Source: an uncultured Eubacterium sp.
Lineage (GTDB): Bacteria; Bacillota; Clostridia; Oscillospirales; Acutalibacteraceae
NCBI RefSeq assembly: GCF_900542875.1
Contig: NZ_UQPH01000002.1
DNA: 64,000 bases
Direction: 5' to 3' (one strand)
Shown here: positions 48,273 to 57,632 of the stretch, piece by piece
Layout: every line of letters begins with the position of its first letter
Position numbering within the stretch: the first letter of the stretch is position 1
Notes under the pieces: model-generated
Told to the model about the DNA's origin: nothing
What the model saw: only the letters and a program-made list of their open reading frames with translations
Database searches by the model: none
Program-made: the position numbers and the translations under genes

Positions 48273-49216
48273 TGAAAAAATTATTATCTTTATTAGTATC
48301 GGTTTTGCTTTGCGTTTGCATGCTTGTGCCGTGTGCAACAGTTTTTGCAGAGGAGGACGAGGCTCAGACACCGGTAAACTCTTCTGTTCCGAGATTTATG
48401 CTCACTTCGTACAGTATTGACGGCGGATATGTTTCTCCGTTGGAACAGAAGGAACTTTCTCTCACGCTGAAGAATTACAGCAGGGACAAGGCGATATATA
48501 ATGTTAAACTGTCGCTTACAGACGACAGTGCGGAAATTCAGCCCGATGGTACGGGTACTGCCTTTGTGCAAAAAATAAATGCGGGTGCATCATATACTTG
48601 GAAACTTAAAATAGGCGCAACTCCCACTGCTTCCGTGGGAAATCATAAACTTACGGTTTCAAGTGAGTATGAGGACGAATACCATTCTGCGTTTTCTAAT
48701 TCGGACACCGTAATCGTCGGCGTAAAGCAAAAGACGGAACTTTCTTACGACGGGATTGTGCTTGCCTCAAGGCTTACTCAGGACAGTTCATCGTCGATGA
48801 ATGCGGTGCTGATGAACACGGGCAAATCCGTAATAAGAAATGCCAAAGTGTCGCTTGATGTTGAAGGAGTTACAACGGGCGGAGTGCTGTTTATCGGAGA
48901 AGTGCCTGTCGGTGAAAGCAAAAGCGGAACGATTAATTTTATGGTTGATTCGTCTGCCGAGGGCGAAATCAAGGGTACTGCAACAATCACCTATGAAAAT
49001 GACTTCGGCGAGGAGTTCAGTCAGACGGTTGAACTTACTTCAAATGTTGAACCTAAAAAGGAAGAAACCGAGCAGGAGCAGGAAAAACAACCTAAGTATA
49101 GATTGTGGTGGGCGTTTATGCTCGGCGGTTTAGTCATAGGCGGCGGAATCGGTGCGGCTGTTCCGATTGCGGTTAACTCTTATAAAAAACGCAAGGAGGA
49201 CGAACTCAGACTTTGA
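48269..49216 (+). CDS. Secreted, C-terminally membrane-anchored protein of unknown function, co-transcribed with the FtsX permease
   Basis: Signal peptide MMKKLLSLLVSVLLCVCMLVPCATVFA. ~250-aa beta-rich region with two similar halves. Acidic linker then a C-terminal TM helix plus a KKRKE tail. Start overlaps the permease stop. Confidence 0.55.
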   Translation: MMKKLLSLLVSVLLCVCMLVPCATVFAEEDEAQTPVNSSVPRFMLTSYSIDGGYVSPLEQKELSLTLKNYSRDKAIYNVKLSLTDDSAEIQPDGTGTAFVQKINAGASYTWKLKIGATPTASVGNHKLTVSSEYEDEYHSAFSNSDTVIVGVKQKTELSYDGIVLASRLTQDSSSSMNAVLMNTGKSVIRNAKVSLDVEGVTTGGVLFIGEVPVGESKSGTINFMVDSSAEGEIKGTATITYENDFGEEFSQTVELTSNVEPKKEETEQEQEKQPKYRLWWAFMLGGLVIGGGIGAAVPIAVNSYKKRKEDELRL

Positions 49217-49368
49217 TAATTTAACCAAAAAGAAGGCGAAATATTCGTCACGCTTTAGTGTGTGAATGAGATATTGCTGTTGACAAAGGGCTTGATTTGT
49301 GATTAGATAATATATGCGGCATTGCTTAAGTATGGGCGATGCCGTTATATTTTGTTTGGAGAATTGAT

Positions 49369-50757
49369 ATGACTGCAATAATTGAAGCGATTTACGGCTT
49401 TTTGTGGAACGATTTATTTACACTCAGGTTCGGCGATACGGTTATAGGCATACCGTTGTTGGTTTTGTTGCTTATACCTGCCGGAGTTTATTTTACGGTA
49501 AGAACAAGGGTTATGCCCATTCGCAAGTTCCCCGAAATGGTGAGAGCACTCGGCGAGAAAAAGGATGACAAAAGCAGCCTTTCCGCTTTTCAAACTCTGA
49601 TTGTTTCTACCGCAACGAGAGTAGGTATGGGAAATCTTGTGGGTGTTGTTGCCGCCATTTCGTTCGGCGGAGCAGGGGCTGTGTTTTGGATGTGGGTGAC
49701 TGCGATTTTAGGCGCCTCCACCGCTTATGCAGAGGGCACGCTTGCTCAACTTCATAAGAAAAAGGATAAGCTGTACGGCGGTTATCACGGCGGACCCGCT
49801 TATTATATTCATGATTTTGTTGAAAAAAAGCGAAAAAAGAAGATTAAAAAATCCTTTCTTGCACTTTTGTTTGCGTTCTTCGGATTGTTGTGCTGGTGCG
49901 GAATCAGCCAGGTGGTAAGTAATTCCGTTACTTCCGCTTTCAGCAATGCGTTTTCGATACCGCCGATTTATACTACTGTCGTTTTGGTTGCCATTGCGGC
50001 GGTTATAGTGCTCAGAAAAAACGCAACGGTTAAATTCCTCGATGTAATTGTGCCGATTATGGCGGTGCTTTATTTTCTGATTACGATTTTTATTATGCTG
50101 AAAAATATCAGGCTTATGCCGTCGGTTTTCTCTCGAATTTTCGAGGAGGCGTTTGGTTTTAAGCAGGCGGTGTCGGGAGGCTTCGGCGCAGTTCTTATGA
50201 ACGGAATAAAAAGAGGTCTGTTTTCCAATGAGGCGGGCTCGGGTTCTGCTCCGTGTGCCGCCGCAGCCGCAGAGGGCAAGAGTCCCGAGGCCATCGGAAT
50301 GGTGCAGTCTCTCGGCGTCTTGATTGACACCGTTGTTATATGTACCTGTACCGCAATGATTATTTTGCTTGTGCCGCAGGACATTATCGTTTCTCTTCAG
50401 GGAATGGAACTTTTGCAGACGGCTATGAGTTATCATCTCGGACCGATAGGACCGTATTTCATCGCAGTGATTTTGTTTTTATTCAGTTTTTCCACATTTT
50501 TGGGCGTGCTGTTTTACGCTCGCTCGAATGTATCTTATATCTGCGGCGAAAATTGGCTCAGCCAAAATATTTATAAGGTAGTCGCACTCGTTATGCTTTT
50601 CGTGGGCGGATTGCGTTCGTTCACCGTTGTTTGGGATTTGGGTGATGTCGGAATAGGACTTATGACGATAATTAATCTTATTGTCCTCATTCCTATGTCA
50701 AATGAAGTAATTCCTCTTTTGGACAAAAATAAGAAATCCGTTCGGCATAAGAAATAG
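49369..50757 (+). CDS. Alanine/glycine:cation symporter (AGCS family)
   Basis: AGCS signature region (FQTLIVSTATRVGMGNLVGVVAAISFGGAGAVFWMWV). Start at ATG 49369 after RBS GGAGA. Confidence 0.8.
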   Translation: MTAIIEAIYGFLWNDLFTLRFGDTVIGIPLLVLLLIPAGVYFTVRTRVMPIRKFPEMVRALGEKKDDKSSLSAFQTLIVSTATRVGMGNLVGVVAAISFGGAGAVFWMWVTAILGASTAYAEGTLAQLHKKKDKLYGGYHGGPAYYIHDFVEKKRKKKIKKSFLALLFAFFGLLCWCGISQVVSNSVTSAFSNAFSIPPIYTTVVLVAIAAVIVLRKNATVKFLDVIVPIMAVLYFLITIFIMLKNIRLMPSVFSRIFEEAFGFKQAVSGGFGAVLMNGIKRGLFSNEAGSGSAPCAAAAAEGKSPEAIGMVQSLGVLIDTVVICTCTAMIILLVPQDIIVSLQGMELLQTAMSYHLGPIGPYFIAVILFLFSFSTFLGVLFYARSNVSYICGENWLSQNIYKVVALVMLFVGGLRSFTVVWDLGDVGIGLMTIINLIVLIPMSNEVIPLLDKNKKSVRHKK

Positions 50758-50765
50758 AATTTTGG

Positions 50766-50820
50766 AGCACTCTCTGTTTTCTTTTGAAAAAAGAGGGTGC
50801 TATTTTTTGTTTTTGCTTGC
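50766..50820 (+). terminator. Intrinsic terminator after the AGCS gene
   Basis: Stem agcactctc/gagggtgct followed by attttttgttttt. Confidence 0.55.
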
Positions 50821-50889
50821 AAAAGGCGGCTGAATTAAGTATTATATAAATACTGTAACTGAAAAATGATTTTTTATCGGGAGAATGCT

Positions 50890-51336
50890 ATGAATAAAAT
50901 TATATTTTCCTGCGAGGATGAAAGGAAATATGCTCTTGCCTGCCTTACTTTTGCAAAAAGAATGTCTTTGATAAGCGATGACAGTCTTGATGCAGTGTAC
51001 GACAGATGCAACAAAGAGAATGAAAACAGAAAAAAGAAACTCGAAAATAACGAGATTGTTTACGGACCTGTTTTTCTTTCGCCTATTGAGTATCTCGATT
51101 ACGAACTTACGAGATTTAAGCTCGATTTTGTGTCGGAAAGCGACAGGGTTAATTATGATTTTAAGCCGATTGCAAAAAAGGATATGAAGGCTTATTATAA
51201 GGCAAACAAGGATTTGTTCACAAGATATAACAGAGAACGCTTTTTCTTTTTTGAGGTTAAAACGGTTATTTACAAAAAAATAAGAGAGGAAGAATACGAA
51301 AATGAAATCAACGGTATATTACGTCAGCTCTCTTAA
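50890..51336 (+). CDS. Hypothetical protein (148 aa)
   Basis: RBS GGGAGA 7 nt before ATG 50890. Weak resemblance to SurA/PrsA N-terminal chaperone domains (AYYKANKDLFT). Overlaps the start of the next gene by 35 nt. Confidence 0.4.
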   Translation: MNKIIFSCEDERKYALACLTFAKRMSLISDDSLDAVYDRCNKENENRKKKLENNEIVYGPVFLSPIEYLDYELTRFKLDFVSESDRVNYDFKPIAKKDMKAYYKANKDLFTRYNRERFFFFEVKTVIYKKIREEEYENEINGILRQLS

Positions 51337-52591
51337 CGGAAACGATTCAAACGACGGATTAACGAAAGAGACCGCTTTTTTGACTCTTGATAAAATCAAT
51401 TCGATTGCGCTCGGCGCAGGGGATAAGGTTCTGCTCGAAAACGGTTCCGTTTTTGAAAATCAGTTTTTGCATATCAAAAATGCAGGAGACATTAACGGTG
51501 AGCCTATCGAAATCGGTGCATACGGCGAAAACGAAAATATGCCGCACATTGCCGCAAACGGTACGGGGCTGTGGTTTCAGGATTACGGCACGGTGCTCGA
51601 TTTTCAACACCATGTGTATAAGGGTGATGTTTCTTCTGCGGTGCTTCTTTACGATACGGAGAATATTATTATTCACGATATTCAAATCAGCAATAAAGCA
51701 GAGTTCAAAAATATTGAGGCTTATTCCGCTCCCGATAAAACGGACAGAACGGGTGTTGCCGCAGTCGCTCAAAACAGAGGCACCGTTCATTCTATTATTC
51801 TTGATAATCTTTATATCCATGATGTAAACGGAAATGTTTACAACAAGCATATGAATAACGGCGGAATATATATGACCTGCTTCACTCCGGCAGATGAGGG
51901 AAAGACAGGCGTTGCAAGGTATGACGGCGTTACGGTAAACGGTTGTTTCGTTAAAAATGTAAGCAGATGGGGCATTGCCGTCGGTTACTCTTACCGCCAT
52001 AATGATTTTTCGACTAAGGAACTCAGCGAGGAGACCTTTAAGAAATACGGCAACGAGAATGTTAAGCTCACTAATAACTATGTTAAATTTGCAGGCGGCG
52101 ACGCAATCACTCCGATGTATGCGCTTGAACCGATTGTTGAGCACAATATGTCCGACTCCTGCGCTACGGAGATGAACGACAGATATTATAAATATCCCGA
52201 AAAGCGTCAGGGCAAGGTTGCGGCGGCTATTTGGCCGTGGAAGTGCAAGAATGCATTGCTCAAATATAACGAGGCTGTGGACACAAAACTTAATCAAGAC
52301 GGTATGGCGTATGACGCAGACTCGGGCGACGGTACTACATATGACAGCAACTACTCCCGTCTTAATGAAGGCGGCTGTATGATGTTTTGTATGCAGCAGG
52401 CTGTGCATAACACATTTACAAATAATGTCAGCGTTGACGATTTGAGCGGAACCATGACTCCGGCGTGCAATCCCGACGCTTATGTTGCGAATAATAAATA
52501 TTATGTTCGCAAGGGCGTTCCGTTTAGGAGACCGAGAAATCACGGCAAGATGACACTTAAAGATAACGAAATTATTAAAATAGAAAAATAA
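51302..52591 (+). CDS. Right-handed parallel beta-helix repeat protein (pectate-lyase-fold; putative intracellular glycoside hydrolase/lyase-like)
   Basis: N-terminal YYVSSLNGNDSNDGLTKETAF motif is typical of beta-helix proteins. Recurring N/G/V-rich coils. No signal peptide. Confidence 0.55.
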   Translation: MKSTVYYVSSLNGNDSNDGLTKETAFLTLDKINSIALGAGDKVLLENGSVFENQFLHIKNAGDINGEPIEIGAYGENENMPHIAANGTGLWFQDYGTVLDFQHHVYKGDVSSAVLLYDTENIIIHDIQISNKAEFKNIEAYSAPDKTDRTGVAAVAQNRGTVHSIILDNLYIHDVNGNVYNKHMNNGGIYMTCFTPADEGKTGVARYDGVTVNGCFVKNVSRWGIAVGYSYRHNDFSTKELSEETFKKYGNENVKLTNNYVKFAGGDAITPMYALEPIVEHNMSDSCATEMNDRYYKYPEKRQGKVAAAIWPWKCKNALLKYNEAVDTKLNQDGMAYDADSGDGTTYDSNYSRLNEGGCMMFCMQQAVHNTFTNNVSVDDLSGTMTPACNPDAYVANNKYYVRKGVPFRRPRNHGKMTLKDNEIIKIEK

Positions 52592-52607
52592 ACAGCGAGG
52601 TAAATTA

Positions 52608-54803
52608 ATGGCAAAGACAAAGGGAAGAGTTACTATACCCACCGATATGGATGTGGTAAAGGAAACGCTCGAAATTATGGACAAATGGGGCGCAGACGCT
52701 ATTCGTGACTGCGACGGTACGGAATTTCCGCAGGAATTAAAGGACGCAGGTGCAAAGGTTTACGCCACCTATTATACCACTCGTAAGGATAACGAGTGGG
52801 CTAAGGCAAACCCCGACGAAATTCAGCAGATGTATATTATGACGAAGTTCCACACAGCGGTGTCGGATACTCTTGAAATTCATCTTATGGATAATCTTTA
52901 TCCCGATATGCTCAAGGTAAATGACCGTGATGACATTACCAGATGGTGGGAGGTCATCGACCGTACAACGGGTGAGGTTGTTTCGGTAAATGATTGGAAG
53001 TATGACTCACAAAGCGGAAATGTAATCATTTCAAATGCTAAGGCATTCCACGAGTACACCGTAAGCTTCCTTGCATATATTATGTGGGACCCGGTGCATA
53101 TGTATAACGCTGTGGTAAACGAGTGGAAAGATGTTGAGCCGCAGATTACATTTGACGTTCGTCAGCCTAAGACGAGAGCGCACTCTCTTGAAAGACTTCG
53201 TAAGTTCCTTGAAACTCACGAGTATGTTGATGTTGTAAGATTTACAACTTTCTTCCATCAGTTTACTCTCATTTTTGACGAACTTGCCAGAGAAAAGTTT
53301 GTTGACTGGTTCGGTTATTCCGCATCGGTCAGCCCATATATTCTTAAGCAATTTGAAAAAGAGGTTGGTTATAAGTTCCGCCCCGAGTTCATCATTGACC
53401 AGGGATATATGAATAATACATATCGCATTCCGTCAAAGGAGTTTAGAGACTTCCAGGCGTTCCAAAGACGAGAGGTTGCAAAACTTGCTAAGGAAATGGT
53501 TGACATTGTTCACGAGTACGGCAAAGAGGCAATGATGTTTATGGGCGACCACTGGATTGGTATGGAGCCGTTTATGGACGAGTTTGCTTCAATCGGTCTT
53601 GATGCGGTTGTAGGTTCTGTCGGAAACGGCGCAACTCTTCGTCTTTTCAGCGATATTAAGAATGTTAAGTACACAGAGGGCAGATTTTTGCCTTACTTCT
53701 TCCCTGATGTTTTCCATGAGGGCGGCGACCCGATTTATGAAGCAAAGGTTAATTGGGTTACTGCAAGAAGAGCAATTCTCAGAAGTCCTATTCAGCGTAT
53801 CGGCTACGGCGGATATTTGAAACTTGCGCTTCAGTTCCCCGAGTTCGTTGATTATATTGAGGGCGTTTGCGATGAATTCCGCACTCTTTATGATAATATT
53901 CAGGGCGTTACTCCGTACTGCGTAAAGAAAGTTGCAGTGCTTAACTGCTGGGGCAAGATGCGTTCGTGGGCAAATCATATGGTGCACCACGGTCTTTACT
54001 ACCGACAGAATTATTCTTATTTCGGAATTATTGAGGCTCTCAGCGGCGCACCGTTTGATGTTAAGTTTATCAGCTTTGACGATATTAAAAATGATAAGAA
54101 TTTGCTTGACGATATTGATGTTATTATCAATGTCGGTGATGCAGATACCGCACAGTCGGGCGGCGAATATTGGGCAGATGAGGAAATTGTTACCGCAATT
54201 AAAAGTTTTGTATATAACGGCGGAGGATTTATCGGCGTAGGTGAGCCGGCTGCTCATCATTGGCAGGGTAAGTTCTTCCAGCTTGACGACATTTTGGGCG
54301 TTGAGGAGGAAAACGGCTTTACTCTTAACACTCGTAGATACAACACAGAAGAGCACAGGGACCACTTCATTCTTGCCGATACAGATAACGGTAAGGTTGA
54401 CTTCGGTGAGGGCAAGAAAAATATTGTCGCTCTCGAGGGTACAACCGTTCTTGTTCAAAATGCTACCGAGCTTCCGTTTATGGTTCGTCATGCCGAAGAG
54501 GTGCAGATGGCTGTCAGACAGTTCGGTAAGGGCAGAGGCGTTTATATCAGCGGACTTCCGTATTCATTTGAGAACAGCCGTGTTCTCTACCGTGCGGTTC
54601 TTTGGAGTGCAAGTGCCGAGAATGAACTTAACCGTTGGTATTCCACTAACTATAATGTTGAGGTTCACGCTTATGTTAAAAACGGCAAATACTGCGTTGT
54701 AAATAATACATACGAGCCGCAGGATACCACCGTATATGTAGGCGACGGCACAAGTTTCGACCTTCACCTCGACGCTAATGAGATTAAATGGTATCATATA
54801 TAA
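52608..54803 (+). CDS. GH112 1,3-beta-galactosyl-N-acetylhexosamine phosphorylase (lacto-N-biose/galacto-N-biose phosphorylase family)
   Basis: Colinear similarity to Bifidobacterium LnpA over the whole length (WGADAIRDCDGT, WEVIDRTTGEVV, HEYTVSFLAYIMWDP, VVRFTTFF, GLDAVVGS, VKYTEGRFLPYFFPD, ARRAILRSPIQRIGYGGY, GKGRGVYISGLPYS). Confidence 0.9.
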   Translation: MAKTKGRVTIPTDMDVVKETLEIMDKWGADAIRDCDGTEFPQELKDAGAKVYATYYTTRKDNEWAKANPDEIQQMYIMTKFHTAVSDTLEIHLMDNLYPDMLKVNDRDDITRWWEVIDRTTGEVVSVNDWKYDSQSGNVIISNAKAFHEYTVSFLAYIMWDPVHMYNAVVNEWKDVEPQITFDVRQPKTRAHSLERLRKFLETHEYVDVVRFTTFFHQFTLIFDELAREKFVDWFGYSASVSPYILKQFEKEVGYKFRPEFIIDQGYMNNTYRIPSKEFRDFQAFQRREVAKLAKEMVDIVHEYGKEAMMFMGDHWIGMEPFMDEFASIGLDAVVGSVGNGATLRLFSDIKNVKYTEGRFLPYFFPDVFHEGGDPIYEAKVNWVTARRAILRSPIQRIGYGGYLKLALQFPEFVDYIEGVCDEFRTLYDNIQGVTPYCVKKVAVLNCWGKMRSWANHMVHHGLYYRQNYSYFGIIEALSGAPFDVKFISFDDIKNDKNLLDDIDVIINVGDADTAQSGGEYWADEEIVTAIKSFVYNGGGFIGVGEPAAHHWQGKFFQLDDILGVEEENGFTLNTRRYNTEEHRDHFILADTDNGKVDFGEGKKNIVALEGTTVLVQNATELPFMVRHAEEVQMAVRQFGKGRGVYISGLPYSFENSRVLYRAVLWSASAENELNRWYSTNYNVEVHAYVKNGKYCVVNNTYEPQDTTVYVGDGTSFDLHLDANEIKWYHI

Positions 54804-54833
54804 TAAAATCATAATAAAATACCACACATTAAA

Positions 54834-54943
54834 AACCGCTTTCTTAGGTTAATCCTAAGAAAGCGGTTTTTGACGATTTTGTAACCGAACAATAATATTG
54901 AAAACGGCATTCGCAAAAGCACGAACGCCGTTTTTGTTTTAAT
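54834..54943 (+). terminator. Tandem intrinsic terminators after the GH112 gene
   Basis: Perfect hairpin aaaaaccgctttcttagg/cctaagaaagcggttttt (54834-54872), then a second hairpin aaaacggcattcg/cgaacgccgtttt plus tttgtttt (54903-54943). Confidence 0.7.
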
Positions 54944-55024
54944 ATACTGTTAATAAAATGCTTGAATATGATATTAGCTTAGTATATAATTGTAATAATA
55001 AAGACTTTAAGCAGGAGGGGTTAG

Positions 55025-55630
55025 ATGAACGACTTGAAGTCAAGCTACATAAAAAAGGCTGTTGTGTTTCCGCTTGTGACGGTTGCCGTTTTGATTGTCA
55101 TTGCGGCTTTGGCAGTGCCTAAAATTATCGCTTCGCTTCCCGTTGCGACGGACAAAACGCAGGCTGTTAAAACCTATAACGCAAAGGATTACGATTATTA
55201 TTTAAGAGAATTTGACAGTTTTGATGATTTAAGGCTTAACCGTTTTGTGGGCTGGATAAGCAGTGATGATGCGGCTCTCGGTTGTGCCGTTACATATAAC
55301 AGTGAGAACGAGGACACGGATGCGGCGTCTCTTATGCCGGAGTCTGCCGAGCCGTGGAACAACGGATGCGTTATGATTGTCGGTGACAACACCGATGGCG
55401 AATTTCGTAATTTGCACAAGGCTACGGTCGGCGATATTGTGACGGTTGATTTTTATGCAAAGGACTCTTACAGTTACAAAATAAAGCAGATTGAGGTTAA
55501 TCTCACAAGAGACGAGATTCTTAATTACAAAAAGGATAATACCTTGATTTTATGCAGACCGTATAAGAATTTTGAAGAGAACGGCTCGTATTTTTATACG
55601 ATTTACATTGCCGATTCAGTAAAGGAATGA
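55025..55630 (+). CDS. Membrane-anchored sortase-like protein (putative transpeptidase-fold; divergent active site)
   Basis: N-terminal TM anchor. Region F.NLHKATVGDIVTV resembles the sortase His-loop and TLILC resembles TLxTC, ~40 aa apart. The canonical downstream Arg is not evident. Confidence 0.3.
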   Translation: MNDLKSSYIKKAVVFPLVTVAVLIVIAALAVPKIIASLPVATDKTQAVKTYNAKDYDYYLREFDSFDDLRLNRFVGWISSDDAALGCAVTYNSENEDTDAASLMPESAEPWNNGCVMIVGDNTDGEFRNLHKATVGDIVTVDFYAKDSYSYKIKQIEVNLTRDEILNYKKDNTLILCRPYKNFEENGSYFYTIYIADSVKE

Positions 55631-55640
55631 GGTGAGCGGA

Positions 55641-56621
55641 ATGTCAAACAAAAAGCATGATTTAACTTTTTCGCTCAGGCGTATCGCTTATTTCTTTATG
55701 GCTCTTGTTATGGCGGGTTGCGTTGTATTGAGCGTATCGGTCGGCATTTCATCGGGTCTGCTCAGAGACGAAAGTTTTGTTCAAAAGAGATTTGAAAAAT
55801 ATAATTCTCAACTTTTGGACGAAGTTAATACGGCTATCGCAGGCGTTGCCGATACTACGGGATTGCCTACAAAGGCGTACACCGGTGCAATTCAAGAAGG
55901 CCACATCAGAACCGCTTTGCACCAGGCGGCTAATAATATCGTAAAGGGATACGACACCGATTATACCGAGTCAAAATATCTTTACGGCTACTATCGCACG
56001 GGACTTTTGAATTACTGTAAGGAAAACGGAATCCCAATTACAGAGGATGAACTTGTGCGTGATTCGTGTTTTGCCGTGGATGTGTTTAACGATACGGTCG
56101 GCGACGAGAGCACTAAGAATATTATTATTTTCGCTCTTACTTATACCAATAAGCCGCTTATGACGATTATATTCTCCGTTTTGATATTTATTGCCTGTGC
56201 CGTGATTATAGACTTTACTTCCTACGGTAAACATAAGAAATTTGATTATATGGGAATGGGACTGATTACCGCAGGCGAAGCTATGGTTATTTTGCCGATA
56301 TTTGCGCTTTTAATGAAGTACACCTCTACGCTTAGGTTTATGGATATAGATGTGTATAATATGGCACTTGCGGATGTTTTGAACGATATACTGAAAATAA
56401 TTATGGCAGTCGGCGCGGTTATTTTGGTGATAGGCATAGTTATGGTGGCGTACAATTACCGCTATTACAGCAAAAAAACCGAGTTTTTGCGTACCGAGCA
56501 TAATATCAGAGCAAAACTCATAGATGAGCAAAGAGAAAGCCATAAAGAGCAGTTTGCCCGTGCGGAGATGGAAGCCATCGACAGAGATATAAGTGCTAAC
56601 GATAAAGAAAAAAGTCAATAA
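55641..56621 (+). CDS. Hypothetical polytopic membrane protein with a C-terminal charged tail
   Basis: ORF translationally coupled to the sortase-like gene (RBS GAGGTGA before ATG 55641). ~5 TM helices. C-terminus rich in E/K/R. Confidence 0.45.
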   Translation: MSNKKHDLTFSLRRIAYFFMALVMAGCVVLSVSVGISSGLLRDESFVQKRFEKYNSQLLDEVNTAIAGVADTTGLPTKAYTGAIQEGHIRTALHQAANNIVKGYDTDYTESKYLYGYYRTGLLNYCKENGIPITEDELVRDSCFAVDVFNDTVGDESTKNIIIFALTYTNKPLMTIIFSVLIFIACAVIIDFTSYGKHKKFDYMGMGLITAGEAMVILPIFALLMKYTSTLRFMDIDVYNMALADVLNDILKIIMAVGAVILVIGIVMVAYNYRYYSKKTEFLRTEHNIRAKLIDEQRESHKEQFARAEMEAIDRDISANDKEKSQ

Positions 56622-56625
56622 AAAC

Positions 56626-56672
56626 AAAAACCGATTTGTGGCTTGAAACTGCTTCAAATCGGTTTTTTATAT
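56626..56672 (+). terminator. Intrinsic terminator after the membrane protein gene
   Basis: Stem aaaccgattt/aaatcggttt followed by tttttatat. Confidence 0.6.
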
Positions 56673-56704
56673 CAGCGTGTCTAAATATTTTACAGACAGT
56701 ATGC

Positions 56705-57508
56705 TTATATTTCATTTTTGTTTATGACGCCTAATCCTTCGCCCATTTTTCCGCCGTCGAGCATAAATTTTTTTGCGCTTTTTTGCAGTGAAGTGTTTTC
56801 GGGATAGTTCTTTTTTATCAGTCGCCTTTTGCCGAAAATTCGCTCGATTGACTGTCGGTCATCGGTGCTCGACATTACAATATCAAACAGTGATTGAAAT
56901 TGGAGAATATTGCATCCGCTTTTCATAAAACGCCAATTATCCTCGTATAAAAGCCAACTTTCGCAAATGAAAAATTTGTAATCGTAATCGGGAAAATGCT
57001 CGGCGAAAAATGCCTTTGCCGCTTTCAGCGAGTTTACACAGTCCGAATATATCAGCCTCTCACCCTGCGGTATGTGGACAAATATCGTTTTTTCTCCCTT
57101 ATTGAACGGAAGACGGGAATAATCGTAAAGCGGGTTGTTGCAGGTGTAAAACTGAAATTGCAGCCTGCCCAACCTGAACAGTTCCGATTTCAAATGGTTT
57201 TGTATCCAGGCGTAGTTTTTCAGCCCTTTGTTGCCGTTGTTTTCGCACCAGATGCGAATGTCTCTCATTGTGTCGTAAAAAATATCGTCGCTTATCTTCA
57301 GACGCTTGTACTGCTCTTTTGTATGTTTTGCGCAGGTCAGGCATACGGCAAGTTTCATTAAATCATTTTGATGCGCCAAGGCGGAAAAACCGTGCTGTGT
57401 GCATTTTTTTGCCAGCTTGTTTATTTTGTTTTCTTTTTTTTCGCACAGGCTTAAAACCGAGGCACAAAGGTTATCGTTTAAGCCGATTTTTTCTGCTAAT
57501 TCTTTCAT
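56705..57508 (-). CDS. Hypothetical cytoplasmic protein (267 aa)
   Basis: Long ORF with a coding-like composition. I do not recognise a family. Confidence 0.4.
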   Translation of the reverse strand: MKELAEKIGLNDNLCASVLSLCEKKENKINKLAKKCTQHGFSALAHQNDLMKLAVCLTCAKHTKEQYKRLKISDDIFYDTMRDIRIWCENNGNKGLKNYAWIQNHLKSELFRLGRLQFQFYTCNNPLYDYSRLPFNKGEKTIFVHIPQGERLIYSDCVNSLKAAKAFFAEHFPDYDYKFFICESWLLYEDNWRFMKSGCNILQFQSLFDIVMSSTDDRQSIERIFGKRRLIKKNYPENTSLQKSAKKFMLDGGKMGEGLGVINKNEI

Positions 57509-57632
57509 GGCTAAAGTATACTATGTATTAAAAAATAAGTCAAACGGAACGATTGTAAACTTAAATAAAAAATTAGGTTGACAATTATGTTTTTTATGGT
57601 ACAATATTTTCAGCAATTTTTAGGAGGCTGTT

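Noticed and set aside
51359-52684. 441-aa minus-strand ORF antisense to the beta-helix gene
   Set aside because: It is entirely antisense to a plus-strand gene with a recognisable beta-helix N-terminal motif, and its translation is low complexity (I/V/N-rich) with no recognisable domain.
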